This document shows, one piece after another, positions 29,892 through 40,259 of a stretch of DNA of 64,000 nucleotides. Numbering within the stretch: the stretch's first letter is position 1; each line of letters starts with the position of its first letter. A model generated the notes under the pieces. It was given only the letters and a program-made list of their open reading frames with translations. It was not told the origin of the DNA and made no database searches. Where the stretch lies: contig JBOFUV010000034.1 of assembly GCA_051652765.1 (NCBI GenBank), positions 32,001-96,000 of the forward strand. Direction: 5' to 3'. Source of the stretch: Microcoleaceae cyanobacterium. Its GTDB lineage: Bacteria; Cyanobacteriota; Cyanobacteriia; Cyanobacteriales; Microcoleaceae. A program made the position numbers and the translations under genes.

Positions 29892-31184
29892 TCAGGAACC
29901 AGGGGTTGAGTTGTGAAGCGAATCTATGGCGTGGTTTTTCATCCATTCTTCTAACAGCAGGCTCATCTGCTGAATTGTATCAGGAGTCAAGGGAGTCTGG
30001 GTCATATCCTGACTCCACTGCACCAAGGCTTTGAGTAGGATTTCTCTGGCTTTAGTTAACCGTCGAGAAACCGTATATTGCTTGGTTTCTAGGGTTTGGG
30101 CGATTTGCTGTTGGGTACAGCCTTGCAGGTAATACAACTCCAAAAGGTGTTGCAAGTCTGGCTTCATTTTGGCGATCGCCTCCTCCAACACCTGATTCAG
30201 TTGAACCTGCTGATGATAGCGGTGTTCAATTTCTTCACCAATAATCTGGGCCGTCAGTGGATCAGGCGCAACATCCGGGATATCGATTTCGATAACCTGA
30301 GAATCATCGGGTCTTTTGGGAATCGGTTCAAGTCGAGGATAGAGGTAGGAGCGGGCCCACTTTGCACTGCTGACCAGCCATTGTTCAAGGGTCGCCGGAG
30401 GGTGATTACTCCCTGAAAAACCGGGCTGTTTGCGTCGTTCTTGGCTGTAGAGTTGGGCGATCGCTTCCCAGATTGCCCCATCGGGTTTTGCCAATTGACG
30501 CGTTCCGGTAGCCCGATCAGGGACATACACGATTTTAAAACAGTTCCAAGCGAGGAGATATTGTTCAATTTGGTTGGCACTTAACCCAGCATTTTCTAAA
30601 GATTCTCGGAAGCGCCGCTGACTCAGCTTGCGGAGTAAGGCCCAATCGCTACAAATATCAGTTTCCCGGCGTTGGCGCAAGATATCTCGAATAATCGACT
30701 TGAAGGCAACGCTGGCATAGTCTGCCAGGTTGGAACCCTGGCTAGAGTCAAATCCTTTGAGTACTCGATTGACCTGGGCGATCGCAATCTGAAACAAGTC
30801 AGCAAGGCTTGACTGAGGATTAGCAAATCCGGATTCAGATGTTTTTCGGGCTGTCCAGTAACACGTTTCTTGTAAGTAGGCAATCAGATGATTTTCTGCC
30901 AACCGTCTTTTGACAGTAGATTGATTAACCGATTCGTCAACGGATTTGTCAACGGGTGTGTTCGTAGAGTGTTCTGAGGGGGCTTCGAGTTTGAGCTGTT
31001 GTTGCCAGATTCGATGCCAGTAGAGAGACCAAAATTGCTCTGAAGTTTCAGACTTTTGCACCGTTTTGAGTTGCTGCTCCATGCTCCGATGCAACCTAGC
31101 ATCAGCCGCCCAACTGTTGAAGCGATCCTCAGCAAACTTGAGAAAAGTGGAAAAAATATCAATTAAGTTCTGTCGAGGGCGCAT
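29892..31184 (-). CDS. Cyanobacterial sigma-70-like protein with region-4 HTH
   Basis: MRPRQ..IDIFSTF, HLIAYLQETCYW, CSDWALLRK and C-terminal HTH LLELYY.QG.TQQQIAQ.L..KQYTVSRRL. Confidence 0.8.
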   Translation of the reverse strand: MRPRQNLIDIFSTFLKFAEDRFNSWAADARLHRSMEQQLKTVQKSETSEQFWSLYWHRIWQQQLKLEAPSEHSTNTPVDKSVDESVNQSTVKRRLAENHLIAYLQETCYWTARKTSESGFANPQSSLADLFQIAIAQVNRVLKGFDSSQGSNLADYASVAFKSIIRDILRQRRETDICSDWALLRKLSQRRFRESLENAGLSANQIEQYLLAWNCFKIVYVPDRATGTRQLAKPDGAIWEAIAQLYSQERRKQPGFSGSNHPPATLEQWLVSSAKWARSYLYPRLEPIPKRPDDSQVIEIDIPDVAPDPLTAQIIGEEIEHRYHQQVQLNQVLEEAIAKMKPDLQHLLELYYLQGCTQQQIAQTLETKQYTVSRRLTKAREILLKALVQWSQDMTQTPLTPDTIQQMSLLLEEWMKNHAIDSLHNSTPGS

Positions 31185-31300
31185 GATCTGGCTTCAGAGG
31201 GTTAATGGAACCGCTGCTTTCAGAATACAGCAGTCTTTCTTGGATTGGGAACTTTCAATTGTTAATCACTTCTGCTCCCTTTCAGGGGGTGTTGAACAGG

Positions 31301-31666
31301 TTATCTGACTATTTTTCCAATCATTAGCCCAATCAGAAAAGCTGACAACTCATAGGCCCCTGCAAGGATCAGTAACCCCAAGGTCATCGCAGCAATCCCA
31401 GCCGGAAGTGTATTTAGACTTTGATCTTGGGCGAGCATTGTTTTGTAATCATTAATTTCTTTAGTACACAGGGTTTCAGCACATTTTTCAAGAGAAATTT
31501 GTTCAGATTTCTCATAACTCTTGAGCGCACTTTTCGATGCCAGATAACCGAATAGACTCCCGAGGAGCAGTAGCAGAAACAGTTTAGCCAGGATTGCGGT
31601 TCGGGTTGATTGCTCAAATGTCAGAGTGATTTTTTTGGTCGTTTTAAGATCACTTTCTAGTGCCAT
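31301..31666 (-). CDS. Hypothetical membrane protein
   Basis: 121 aa with two hydrophobic segments; AGGAG RBS; directly downstream of mnmE. Confidence 0.65.
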   Translation of the reverse strand: MALESDLKTTKKITLTFEQSTRTAILAKLFLLLLLGSLFGYLASKSALKSYEKSEQISLEKCAETLCTKEINDYKTMLAQDQSLNTLPAGIAAMTLGLLILAGAYELSAFLIGLMIGKIVR

Positions 31667-31689
31667 AAGTCGATTCTCCTATTAAAGCT

Positions 31690-33099
31690 TTATTTGCCAA
31701 TACAAAATTTACTAAAAATCCGATCCAAGATAGATTCTGTGACTTCTTCCCCAGTTACTTCCCCTAACGCATGAATTGCACCTCGGAGATCAATTGTCCA
31801 AAAATCAAAGGGTAGTCCTTCTTCAATCGTGATCTGAACCTGCTCCAAGGCCAGTTGTGCACGGGTTAATGCTTCAGCTTGTCGTTGATTAATCGCGATT
31901 TCTAAATTGGCCGCTTGCAAATTACCCCCATGAACGGCCTGAAGAATTGCGGCTTCCAACTCCGAAATTCCTTGATTTAGAGCCGCAGCCGTTAACACAA
32001 TTGGAACTGAAGGATCGGGCAACTGTTGAGCAATTTTTTGAGGCAGGTTCTCCAAGGTTTCAGGTGAGATCTGATCTATTTTATTGAGAATTATAACTAG
32101 CGGACGATGCTTGATCGGTTGATAGATTTCTCTATCTGCCTCTGTCCAACCCGCCGTTGCATCCAGGGTGAGGAGGACTAGATCCGCTGACTGAGCCACT
32201 GAACGCGATCGCTCCACCCCGAGTTGCTCTACCCGATCCTCAGCATGGCGAATTCCGGCGGTGTCTAAAACCTGGACGGGAATCCCCCCCACCACGAGCT
32301 GGGACTCCACCACATCCCGCGTGGTACCGGGGAGATCCGTGACAATGGCGCGATCGCTCCGACTCCAGGCATTGAGCAAACTGGACTTGCCCACGTTCGG
32401 GCGGCCAACAATGGCAACTTTTAGACCAGATCGTAGCAGTTCTCCTTGATCTGCCGTGGCTAAGAAGTTGGACAATTCGGCTAAAACTTGGTGGATCTGC
32501 TGGATCGTCTTGGGTTCATCCAAGGGGGGTAAATCTTCCTCAAAATCCACCCGTGCCTCAATTTCGGCCAAAATATCAAGACAAGTGGCCCGGAGCTGAC
32601 GAATGGGGTGTGCCAGCTTTCCCTGTAGTCCTGCCAAGGCGGCTTGAGCTGCGGCGGGAGATTGGGCTCCAACGAGTTCGGCCACACTTTCGGCTTGGGT
32701 TAAGTCCAAGCGCCCCTGTAAAAATGCCCGCAGGGTAAATTCCCCTGGTTGGGCCAATCTTGCCCCTGCCTCCAAACACAGTTGTAACACCTGTTGGACA
32801 GCAACAATGCCGCCGTGACAGTGAAATTCTACTATGTCTTCACGGGTGTAAGAACGCGGGGCCAACATCAGCAGGAGCAAGGCTTCATCCACAACCTGCT
32901 GGGTGTGAGGGTAACGGATATAACCGTAGAGAATGCGATGACTTTCCCAAACTTGGCGACCCGGCGCTTGGAACAGGGTTCGGGCAATGGTGACAGCCTC
33001 AGGCCCTGAGAGTCGCACAATACCAATACTGCCTTGCTGGGGAACAATCGCTGTGGCGATCGCGGCAATTGTTCCTCCTGTACCGATGCGACTGATCAT
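31690..33099 (-). CDS. mnmE: tRNA modification GTPase MnmE (TrmE)
   Basis: [25 protein letters not shown] and C-terminal FCIGK. Start moved to ATG 33099. Confidence 0.98.
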   Translation of the reverse strand: MISRIGTGGTIAAIATAIVPQQGSIGIVRLSGPEAVTIARTLFQAPGRQVWESHRILYGYIRYPHTQQVVDEALLLLMLAPRSYTREDIVEFHCHGGIVAVQQVLQLCLEAGARLAQPGEFTLRAFLQGRLDLTQAESVAELVGAQSPAAAQAALAGLQGKLAHPIRQLRATCLDILAEIEARVDFEEDLPPLDEPKTIQQIHQVLAELSNFLATADQGELLRSGLKVAIVGRPNVGKSSLLNAWSRSDRAIVTDLPGTTRDVVESQLVVGGIPVQVLDTAGIRHAEDRVEQLGVERSRSVAQSADLVLLTLDATAGWTEADREIYQPIKHRPLVIILNKIDQISPETLENLPQKIAQQLPDPSVPIVLTAAALNQGISELEAAILQAVHGGNLQAANLEIAINQRQAEALTRAQLALEQVQITIEEGLPFDFWTIDLRGAIHALGEVTGEEVTESILDRIFSKFCIGK

Positions 33100-33242
33100 A
33101 GGTAAATCGATCCGGTTAGTAGAACAAACTATAGTGCATCGGTCATGACTGATGAGATCTCGGTAGGGCAAGCTTCCAGGCTGTGCAGAGAAGATGCTCA
33201 CTCTACATTCTGCGTTACATCAGATTGTTATAGTCAAACAAA

Positions 33243-33506
33243 TCAGTAAAAGTCTGCCTCAATTTTATCAAAAGGGATGAACCCTTCCCCGATCAGCAGA
33301 ATTGGCCTTCGGGTAAACAGCAGCATTCCTCGATAAGTTTCGCGATGAATCACCACCCCTAAAGGACGGCGCATCTGTCGCCCATGAACCTGAAAATAGC
33401 TGAGGTAAATCTGCTTTGCTGCTCTAATCAAAACGGGATCGAGCCAAACCGATGTGGATTGGCGCGCCGTCAAAAGTTCTGGTTGGGATTGAGTCGCCTG
33501 TACCAA
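33243..33506 (-). CDS. Small conserved cyanobacterial hypothetical protein
   Basis: 87 aa; DP.LIRAA.QIY..Y..VH...RRPLGV....T.RG.L.F...PILL. Confidence 0.7.
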   Translation of the reverse strand: MVQATQSQPELLTARQSTSVWLDPVLIRAAKQIYLSYFQVHGRQMRRPLGVVIHRETYRGMLLFTRRPILLIGEGFIPFDKIEADFY

Positions 33507-33615
33507 AGGGTTTAGCGTCCAAGAGCAGGAGCGGGGTGAATCTAGATTTGTTTGAATTGTAACCCAAGAATTGAATGATATTATCTACACTCTAGGGTCT
33601 ATTTTGCTGATCTGA

Positions 33616-33734
33616 GAAGGTGTTTGAAAGGGGTGTCAAGCAGCGCAAGCAACCAGACCCATAGTAAAAATAGGCAATTTTAAGCTGCGCCGCCCAACCC
33701 GTTGGGTCGCCAATCTAACTGTTTAAACACCCTC
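33616..33734. mobile_element. 119-bp MITE with IS5-family-like ends
   Basis: Left end GAAGGTGTTTGAA; right end (reverse complement) GAGGGTGTTTAAA, 11/13 identical. TGA flanks both sides (33613-33615, 33735-33737). No ORF inside. Confidence 0.7.
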
Positions 33735-33757
33735 TGAATTCCTCATCCCAATTTTCA

Positions 33758-35422
33758 ATGTTGTTAACTGTTGTCTTCGCTAATATCTTTGCTGCTTCCT
33801 TTATTCAATTCTGGAAAACGAAAGGTAAACTGATCGGATTATTCAGTCTCTGTTGTGTATTAATCCTGAGTTGTAGTCAGTCCGTTTCTAATCATTCCGC
33901 CTCAACTTCTGCAAATGGCGATCGCATTATTATTGGAACAACCTTAAAATTAAGAACCCTTGATCCAGCAGATGCCTATGAAGTCTTGTCCGCCAATATG
34001 CTCTACAACTTAGGGGATGCTCTCTATGATTATTCCCTAGGAACCGATGAACTGATTCCAAGGTTGGCAACAGCATTACCTGCAATCAGCAAAAATAGTC
34101 TAGTTTATACCATTCCATTGCGTCAAGGAGTTGTGTTCCATGACGGCATACCGTTTAATGCCGAAGCAATGGCTTTTTCCCTACGACGATTCATGGAAAA
34201 TGGTGGATCTCCGTCTTCTTTGTTAGCAGATTCAGTCCAGGAAATTCGAGCAACTGGAGAGTATGAATTAACCATTCAGTTGCAGAAACCCTTTGCCGCT
34301 TTTACTGCTCTACTGGCCTTTCCGGGACTCTGTGCTGTTTCTCCCAAAGCCTATGAAATCGGGGAAGGAAAATTTCAGTCGCAGATCTTTGTGGGGACTG
34401 GCCCCTACAAACTAACCGAATATGCAACCGACCGAGTACGTTTGGATACTTTTGAGAATTATTGGGGGAAAAAACCTGCAAATTCAGGTCTGGATATTCA
34501 GCGATTATCTAACTCTGCTAACTTGTTCATTGCCTTTAAAAGTGGAGCAATTGATGTTGCCTACTTCTCCCTTGATCCGGATCAAACCAATAGTTTACTT
34601 CAGGGGGTTCAAAATAATCGATGGCAAGTCGTAACTGCGGATGGCAATACTGTTAATTACATGGCGCTGAATGTCAACTCACCGCCCCTAAATCAACCTG
34701 AAGTTCGACAAGCCTTGGCGGCATTAGTTGACCGTCCTTTCCTCAATGAACGAGTGTTACTAGGTCAAGGTGAACCTGTTTATAGCCTGATTCCTTCAAC
34801 TTTAGACAGTTATCAACCCGTATTTCAACAAGTCTATGGAGATGGTAATATTGAGCAGGCAAAGGTATTGTTAAAACAAGCAGGCTATACTCGAGAAAAT
34901 CCAGCAATAATCGAGCTGTGGTATCCATCTGGCTCGACAAAACGGGGTATTCTTGCCAGTACATTAAAGGCATTAGCTGAAAAGTACTTAGAGGGTTTAA
35001 TGAAGCTTGAACTCAACAGTATTGACGCAACAACGGCCTACAAAAATCTGGAAAAAGGGGTTTATCCAACCTTTATGCTAGATTGGTATGCAGATTTTTT
35101 AGATGCAGATAATTATGTTTCTCCATTCCTGAATTGCACTAAAGGCTCACCGCAAACAGGATGTCAACAAGGAGCTAGTCAGTATCAAGGATCATTTTAT
35201 TACAATCAAGCAGTAAACCAGTTAATTGCCCAACAACGTCAGGAACAAAACCCTCAGAAGCGCCTGGAACTCTTACGGAAAATTCAAGACTACTTAGCTC
35301 AAGATGTCCCCTATATTCCCCTATGGCAAGATAAAACCTATCTATTTTTCCAGAATAATATTGATGGAGTTCACCTACAATTAACCCAACAAGTTCCCTT
35401 CTGGACAATGAGTAAATCTTGA
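33758..35422 (+). CDS. Peptide/nickel ABC transporter substrate-binding protein (family 5)
   Basis: Lipobox-like LILSC, TLDPADAY, LRQGVVFHDG, GTGPYKL and VRQALA. Confidence 0.92.
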   Translation: MLLTVVFANIFAASFIQFWKTKGKLIGLFSLCCVLILSCSQSVSNHSASTSANGDRIIIGTTLKLRTLDPADAYEVLSANMLYNLGDALYDYSLGTDELIPRLATALPAISKNSLVYTIPLRQGVVFHDGIPFNAEAMAFSLRRFMENGGSPSSLLADSVQEIRATGEYELTIQLQKPFAAFTALLAFPGLCAVSPKAYEIGEGKFQSQIFVGTGPYKLTEYATDRVRLDTFENYWGKKPANSGLDIQRLSNSANLFIAFKSGAIDVAYFSLDPDQTNSLLQGVQNNRWQVVTADGNTVNYMALNVNSPPLNQPEVRQALAALVDRPFLNERVLLGQGEPVYSLIPSTLDSYQPVFQQVYGDGNIEQAKVLLKQAGYTRENPAIIELWYPSGSTKRGILASTLKALAEKYLEGLMKLELNSIDATTAYKNLEKGVYPTFMLDWYADFLDADNYVSPFLNCTKGSPQTGCQQGASQYQGSFYYNQAVNQLIAQQRQEQNPQKRLELLRKIQDYLAQDVPYIPLWQDKTYLFFQNNIDGVHLQLTQQVPFWTMSKS

Positions 35423-35450
35423 GATTATAGAGCAGCCCTCAATAATTTAT

Positions 35451-35487
35451 GGGAGGGGTTCGGAGACTTCATCCCCAAACCCCTCTC
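35451..35487. terminator. Hairpin between convergent genes
   Basis: GGGAGGGGTTCGGAGA...TCCCCAAACCCCTCTC imperfect inverted repeat. Confidence 0.55.
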
Positions 35488-35530
35488 TAGTTTTCTCATG
35501 ATTGATTTAAATCGCTGTATTGACATTGAA

Positions 35531-36646
35531 CTAATCTTGTAAAACCTGAAGGTTATCTGGCAGAAAACTAACAATTACACTGTCACCAGGTTGATAGATC
35601 TGAAACTCCTGGGATCTCAAGTTTTGTCTACGAGCAACAATTGAAAAATCAGGGCTAAGTTGAATCAGATAACGGGAATCTGTACCAAGATAAACCACCT
35701 CTTGAACTGTTCCTAACCATCCTGATTCTGTGGAAGAATTCACGGGATCAAGTCTAAGTTTCTCAGGACGAATGACGAGGTTAACAATTTGACCCACTGA
35801 TAACGGTTCCAAAGAAGTCAGTGGTACAGAAAATTTTTCACTCACGAGGAGAATAGAGCGATCGCTATCTTGTTCTATAACTCTTCCTGGAAAGACATTA
35901 CTTTCTCCAATAAAATCAGCAACAAATCGGGTTTTTGGTGACTCATAAATTTCGACGGGAATCCCGACTTGCAGCAAGATTCCTTGATTCATGATGCCAA
36001 TTCGATCTGACATGGTAAGGGCTTCTTCTTGGTCATGGGTGACATAGATAAATGTAATTCCAATCTGTTGCTGCATCCGTTTTAGTTCGAGTTGCATTTC
36101 ACGGCGCAGTTTCAAATCCAAGGCTCCTAAAGGTTCATCTAAAAGTAAGACTTTGGGTCGTTTTACCAATGCTCTCGCAAGGGCAACTCGTTGTTGTTGA
36201 CCTCCGGATAGTTGACGAGGATAGCGATGCTGAAAATCAGCTAGTTTTACGAGGGTCAAAGCTTCAGTAACTCGTTCTCGAATCTGGGGTCGAGGTAAGT
36301 TTTCCATCTCTAAGCCAAAGGCAATATTTTGAGCCACAGTCAAGTGAGGAAAGAGGGCATAATTTTGAAAGACTGTATTGACGGGGCGATGAAAGGGAGG
36401 CAAAGTTTGAACGGATTGATGATGAATCTGAATATCACCAGAACTCGGCAATTCAAAGCCAGCAATCATTCGCAATGTTGTTGTTTTACCACAACCCGAT
36501 GGCCCCAAAAGGGAGAAAAATTCTCCCTGGAAAATTTCCAAATTAATATTGTCAACGGCGAGAACAGTCTTACCTTGATTTCCGGTAAAAGATTTAGAGA
36601 CATTCGTGAGCTTAACAGCGCTGTTCATAGAGATATTGTCAGCCAT
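35531..36646 (-). CDS. potA: Spermidine/putrescine ABC transporter ATP-binding protein
   Basis: GPSGCGKTT, RPVNTVFQNYALFPH, LSGGQQQR, LLLDEP and C-terminal TOBE domain. Confidence 0.9.
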   Translation of the reverse strand: MADNISMNSAVKLTNVSKSFTGNQGKTVLAVDNINLEIFQGEFFSLLGPSGCGKTTTLRMIAGFELPSSGDIQIHHQSVQTLPPFHRPVNTVFQNYALFPHLTVAQNIAFGLEMENLPRPQIRERVTEALTLVKLADFQHRYPRQLSGGQQQRVALARALVKRPKVLLLDEPLGALDLKLRREMQLELKRMQQQIGITFIYVTHDQEEALTMSDRIGIMNQGILLQVGIPVEIYESPKTRFVADFIGESNVFPGRVIEQDSDRSILLVSEKFSVPLTSLEPLSVGQIVNLVIRPEKLRLDPVNSSTESGWLGTVQEVVYLGTDSRYLIQLSPDFSIVARRQNLRSQEFQIYQPGDSVIVSFLPDNLQVLQD

Positions 36647-36748
36647 TGATCAATTTTTATGCTTGGTTTTTATGCTTAATTTTTTATGTTTAAGATTCAG
36701 AACCCAACATCAACTGTTTTTCCTAACTACTTTTCCTAACGGTTTTTT

Positions 36749-37831
36749 CTACTGACCAATACTCAGTTTGATTTCTGCCCAAGCTTCATCGTATAATCTG
36801 AGGCTTTCACCCACATCCTTCAAATATTTAAGTTTAGCAAAGACCTCTTCCGAAGGATAAATTCCGGGATTACTGAGGTTTTCTGCCTTAATTAACTTTT
36901 GTTCAATGGCTGTTTTGTTGGGAGAACCATAGTTAATAAAGTTTGAAATCCTCGCTCCCACTTCAGGCTCTAGAATGAAGTTGATAAACTTCTCGGCCAG
37001 CGCTTTGTTCGGTGCACCTTTGGGAATAACCATGTTGTCTGTCCAGAGAATTGTTCCTTCTTTTGGAATGGCATAGCGCAGGTTAGGATTCTCTGCCATG
37101 ACTTGAAAGATGTCACCGCTGTACTCCATTGTAAAGTCAACTTCTCCTTGATTGAGTAATAACTGACCTGTGTCAGGCACAAAAGCAGCAATCGTCTTCT
37201 GGTTCTTAAGAATGAACGTCTTGGCTTGTTCGATTTCTGTTGGATTGGTTGTATTTGGATCGTAGCCAAGATACATTAAGATTGCGCCGAAAGTATAACG
37301 CATATCGTCTAGCCAAGCTGTTTTACCTACTAATTTCGGATCGAACATGGCCTCCCAACTAGTGATTTCCTGACCCGTTGCTTTGATGTTGTAGCCAATT
37401 CCCAACGTACCCCACTGATAAGGAAAACTATAGGTATTTTCTGGGTCGTAAGGAGGGTTGAGAAACTTTGGATCAACATGCTGGATGTTTGGAATATTCT
37501 CTTTGTTCAAGGGCTCTAATAGTCCCTCATCCGCCAGAATTTTCACCATGTAGTCAGCGGGAAAGGCAATATCATAGCCAGGATTTCCAGGCTTTAACTT
37601 GGCGTAAAGACTTTCGTTACTATCGTAGGTATCATAATTAACTTTAACTCCATATTTTTGTTCAAATTCAGTAATTACGGCTGGATCAATATAAGTTGAC
37701 CAGTTGTAAAGACTCAACACTTGAGGGGGATTAGAATTGTTGTTTGAGATATTTGAATTACTTGCGGTACAGCCAATGGGTAGGGCAGCACTTAAGATCA
37801 ATACAAGCAGAAAGGTTAGTAGTCTTTTCAT
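36749..37831 (-). CDS. potD: Spermidine/putrescine ABC transporter substrate-binding lipoprotein
   Basis: Lipobox PIGC, YNWSTYID, YDSNE, PYQWGT and PKEGTILWTDNM. Confidence 0.9.
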   Translation of the reverse strand: MKRLLTFLLVLILSAALPIGCTASNSNISNNNSNPPQVLSLYNWSTYIDPAVITEFEQKYGVKVNYDTYDSNESLYAKLKPGNPGYDIAFPADYMVKILADEGLLEPLNKENIPNIQHVDPKFLNPPYDPENTYSFPYQWGTLGIGYNIKATGQEITSWEAMFDPKLVGKTAWLDDMRYTFGAILMYLGYDPNTTNPTEIEQAKTFILKNQKTIAAFVPDTGQLLLNQGEVDFTMEYSGDIFQVMAENPNLRYAIPKEGTILWTDNMVIPKGAPNKALAEKFINFILEPEVGARISNFINYGSPNKTAIEQKLIKAENLSNPGIYPSEEVFAKLKYLKDVGESLRLYDEAWAEIKLSIGQ

Positions 37832-38207
37832 AGATTAAGTTTACAAAATTAACTTGTAAATTAATTTGCAAATTAATAACTGTGAATTCACACTAATTCA
37901 TAGTTACTAATTGCTGTTGTCACAAGTGATGCGCTGAACATCAGAGTTACTCAGAAATTTGTGCGGACTCTCAGGTACAACGGTGTAGAAAGTAATAATC
38001 ATCATACAAAGGAGTGCACAGTATTGCGAAAACCTTTTCCGCCAGATTGAAGTCTTAGTTGTTAGAGTCAAAGGTGGGACAGTCAGAGCGAGATCAGCCC
38101 TTGGTGTCAGTGGGCATTCAGGCTGATTGATCACAGTGAACGGGACAGACGGCCAGACTCGGGGGCTCGGCAAATCACCTTTATCCGGAGTTTATGAGGA
38201 TATCTCT

Positions 38208-40259
38208 ATGCTGGATTTTAGTCAGAATAGCCTTGGTTTTGATGTGGGTTTTGATGCAGCAGACCCAGTGAGAAGTACAGTCCAGGGAGTCTTGGAGCAT
38301 GTAGACTCTTGGTTTTCCTCAAGTTCTGCCGATATTCGCTGCAATTTTGCCAGTTTGCGAGCAGGTCTGTCCGCTAACACTCCTAGTATTCATGTCCAGG
38401 CAGAGCAGTTCGGTAGCCTGGGCAACGATATCCTATTTGGCACGGTTGGAGAAGATAGGATTGCAGGTCTCCCAGGAGATGATGATCTTCTGGGAGATGA
38501 CGGCAATGATAGTCTCTATGGGGGCCAAGGACTAGATGTGTTGCTGGGAGGGTCAGGTAATGATTATTTGTCTGGAGATCTGGAAAGTGATTTTCTCTCT
38601 GGCGAGGGGGGAGCAGATATATTTGCTTTATCTCCAGTTGATCCCTTCAGTTTTTTCCTGACTGATTTTATCCTGGATTTTGAGCCAATGGTTGATTTCA
38701 TTGGGTTAGTCGGGGAGTTGACAGAGGCCGATTTATTGATCGAATCAGTGGAGTTAGAACCCGGACAAATTGATACGTTGATCTGGCATTCGGCTGCAAA
38801 TACGTTACTCGGAGTCGTGAGTAATGTATCGGCAGAACAATTAGCAGGGAGGTTTATCATCCCAGAGTCAACGGCTGCAACGGTGGTTTCTACTTTATCA
38901 ACGGCGGTCGATCTGGGAACTCCGAGCCCAACGTTGGTGGTAAACGGCCAAGTTGATGACACCAATCCTGAGGATATCTATCGGTTTACCCTGGACAACG
39001 AAAGTGACTTGAACCTGAGTCTGACAGGGCTAGGGGCCGATGCCGATGTAGTGTTGGTGCAAGACCTCAATGACAATGGCGAAATTGAAGTTACGGACAT
39101 CATCGATCGATCTGAGGAACCTGCCAGCTTACCGGAGTCCCTGGCTGTCACTGCCCTGCCGGTCGGAACCTATTATGTTGTGGTCTATCAGTATGACGGG
39201 AACACTCCCTACACCTTGAGTTTATCGACCGTTCCCAATCTTCAACTCAGCCCCGATCTCACCGGAGAACAATTTGACAGTCGGTTTGGCTATGGTCTAG
39301 TCGATGCGTCGGCGGCAGTCGCTCAAGCCATAGGATTAACCCCCTTTGCCTCAGTCCCCGACTTAGGCGGAAATGATTGGGGACGAGATACCATTAATGC
39401 CCCAGAAGTTTGGGCCACAGGTACAACCGGAGTGGGGGTAACGGTGGCGGTGATTGACAGCGGCGTAGACTACACTCACCCTGATTTGGTTGCCAATATC
39501 TGGACTAACGGTGATGAAGTTCCAAATAATGGCCTAGATGACGACGGTAATGGCTTTGTGGATGATCGTCGGGGTTGGGACTTTGTAGATAGAGACAGTG
39601 ACCCAATGGATTTAAACAGCCATGGAACCCATGTGGCAGGAATTATTGCAGCCCAACAGGATGGTATTGGTATCACTGGAGTTGCTCCCAACGCCCAAAT
39701 TATGTCGATTCGAGTCCTGGATGAAGAGGGCTTTGGGAAAGTTAGCGATGCGATCGCCGGAATTCAATACGCCGTGGAGAACGGGGCTGACGTAATTAAC
39801 CTGAGTTTGGGGGGAGATGGCTTTACCCCAGCTGAGTTTGATGCCATTCAGTGGGCAACTCAACAAGGGGTAGTGGTAGTGATGGCCGCCGGAAATGAAG
39901 CCGCGACCCAACCCAATTTCCCCGCCCGGTTTGCCAGCAATTTTGGTCTTGCCGTGGGTTCCAGTACGCAGGGAAAAACCCTGTCTAGTTTCTCAAATCA
40001 AGCCGGAACAACTGTGCTGGATTATGTTCTGGCCCCTGGTGGCGATGGCGGGTTTCCCAACGCTGGAGACATTTATTCCACCGTTCCCCCTGGGCTGGCT
40101 GGAGTCCCTTATCAATTTTTTGCCGGAACCTCCATGGCAACTCCTCACGTTGTTGGAGTGGTTGCCCTGATCAAACAAGCCAACCCGAACCTGACGGCTG
40201 CAGCGATTGAGCAAATTATTGTGGAAACTTCTAGCTTATCCGGCTTGAGTTTGGGGTAA
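38208..40259 (+). CDS. Secreted S8 subtilase with RTX Ca-binding repeats and a PPC domain
   Basis: GGxGxD repeats, PPC-like DIYRFTL...GTYYVVV, and triad motifs VAVIDSG, HGTHVAG and GTSMATPHV. GAGGA RBS before ATG 38208. Confidence 0.93.
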   Translation: MLDFSQNSLGFDVGFDAADPVRSTVQGVLEHVDSWFSSSSADIRCNFASLRAGLSANTPSIHVQAEQFGSLGNDILFGTVGEDRIAGLPGDDDLLGDDGNDSLYGGQGLDVLLGGSGNDYLSGDLESDFLSGEGGADIFALSPVDPFSFFLTDFILDFEPMVDFIGLVGELTEADLLIESVELEPGQIDTLIWHSAANTLLGVVSNVSAEQLAGRFIIPESTAATVVSTLSTAVDLGTPSPTLVVNGQVDDTNPEDIYRFTLDNESDLNLSLTGLGADADVVLVQDLNDNGEIEVTDIIDRSEEPASLPESLAVTALPVGTYYVVVYQYDGNTPYTLSLSTVPNLQLSPDLTGEQFDSRFGYGLVDASAAVAQAIGLTPFASVPDLGGNDWGRDTINAPEVWATGTTGVGVTVAVIDSGVDYTHPDLVANIWTNGDEVPNNGLDDDGNGFVDDRRGWDFVDRDSDPMDLNSHGTHVAGIIAAQQDGIGITGVAPNAQIMSIRVLDEEGFGKVSDAIAGIQYAVENGADVINLSLGGDGFTPAEFDAIQWATQQGVVVVMAAGNEAATQPNFPARFASNFGLAVGSSTQGKTLSSFSNQAGTTVLDYVLAPGGDGGFPNAGDIYSTVPPGLAGVPYQFFAGTSMATPHVVGVVALIKQANPNLTAAAIEQIIVETSSLSGLSLG

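Noticed and set aside
37907..38173. 88-aa minus-strand ORF upstream of potD
   Set aside because: No recognisable motif or RBS, and it overlaps the divergent promoter and leader region.
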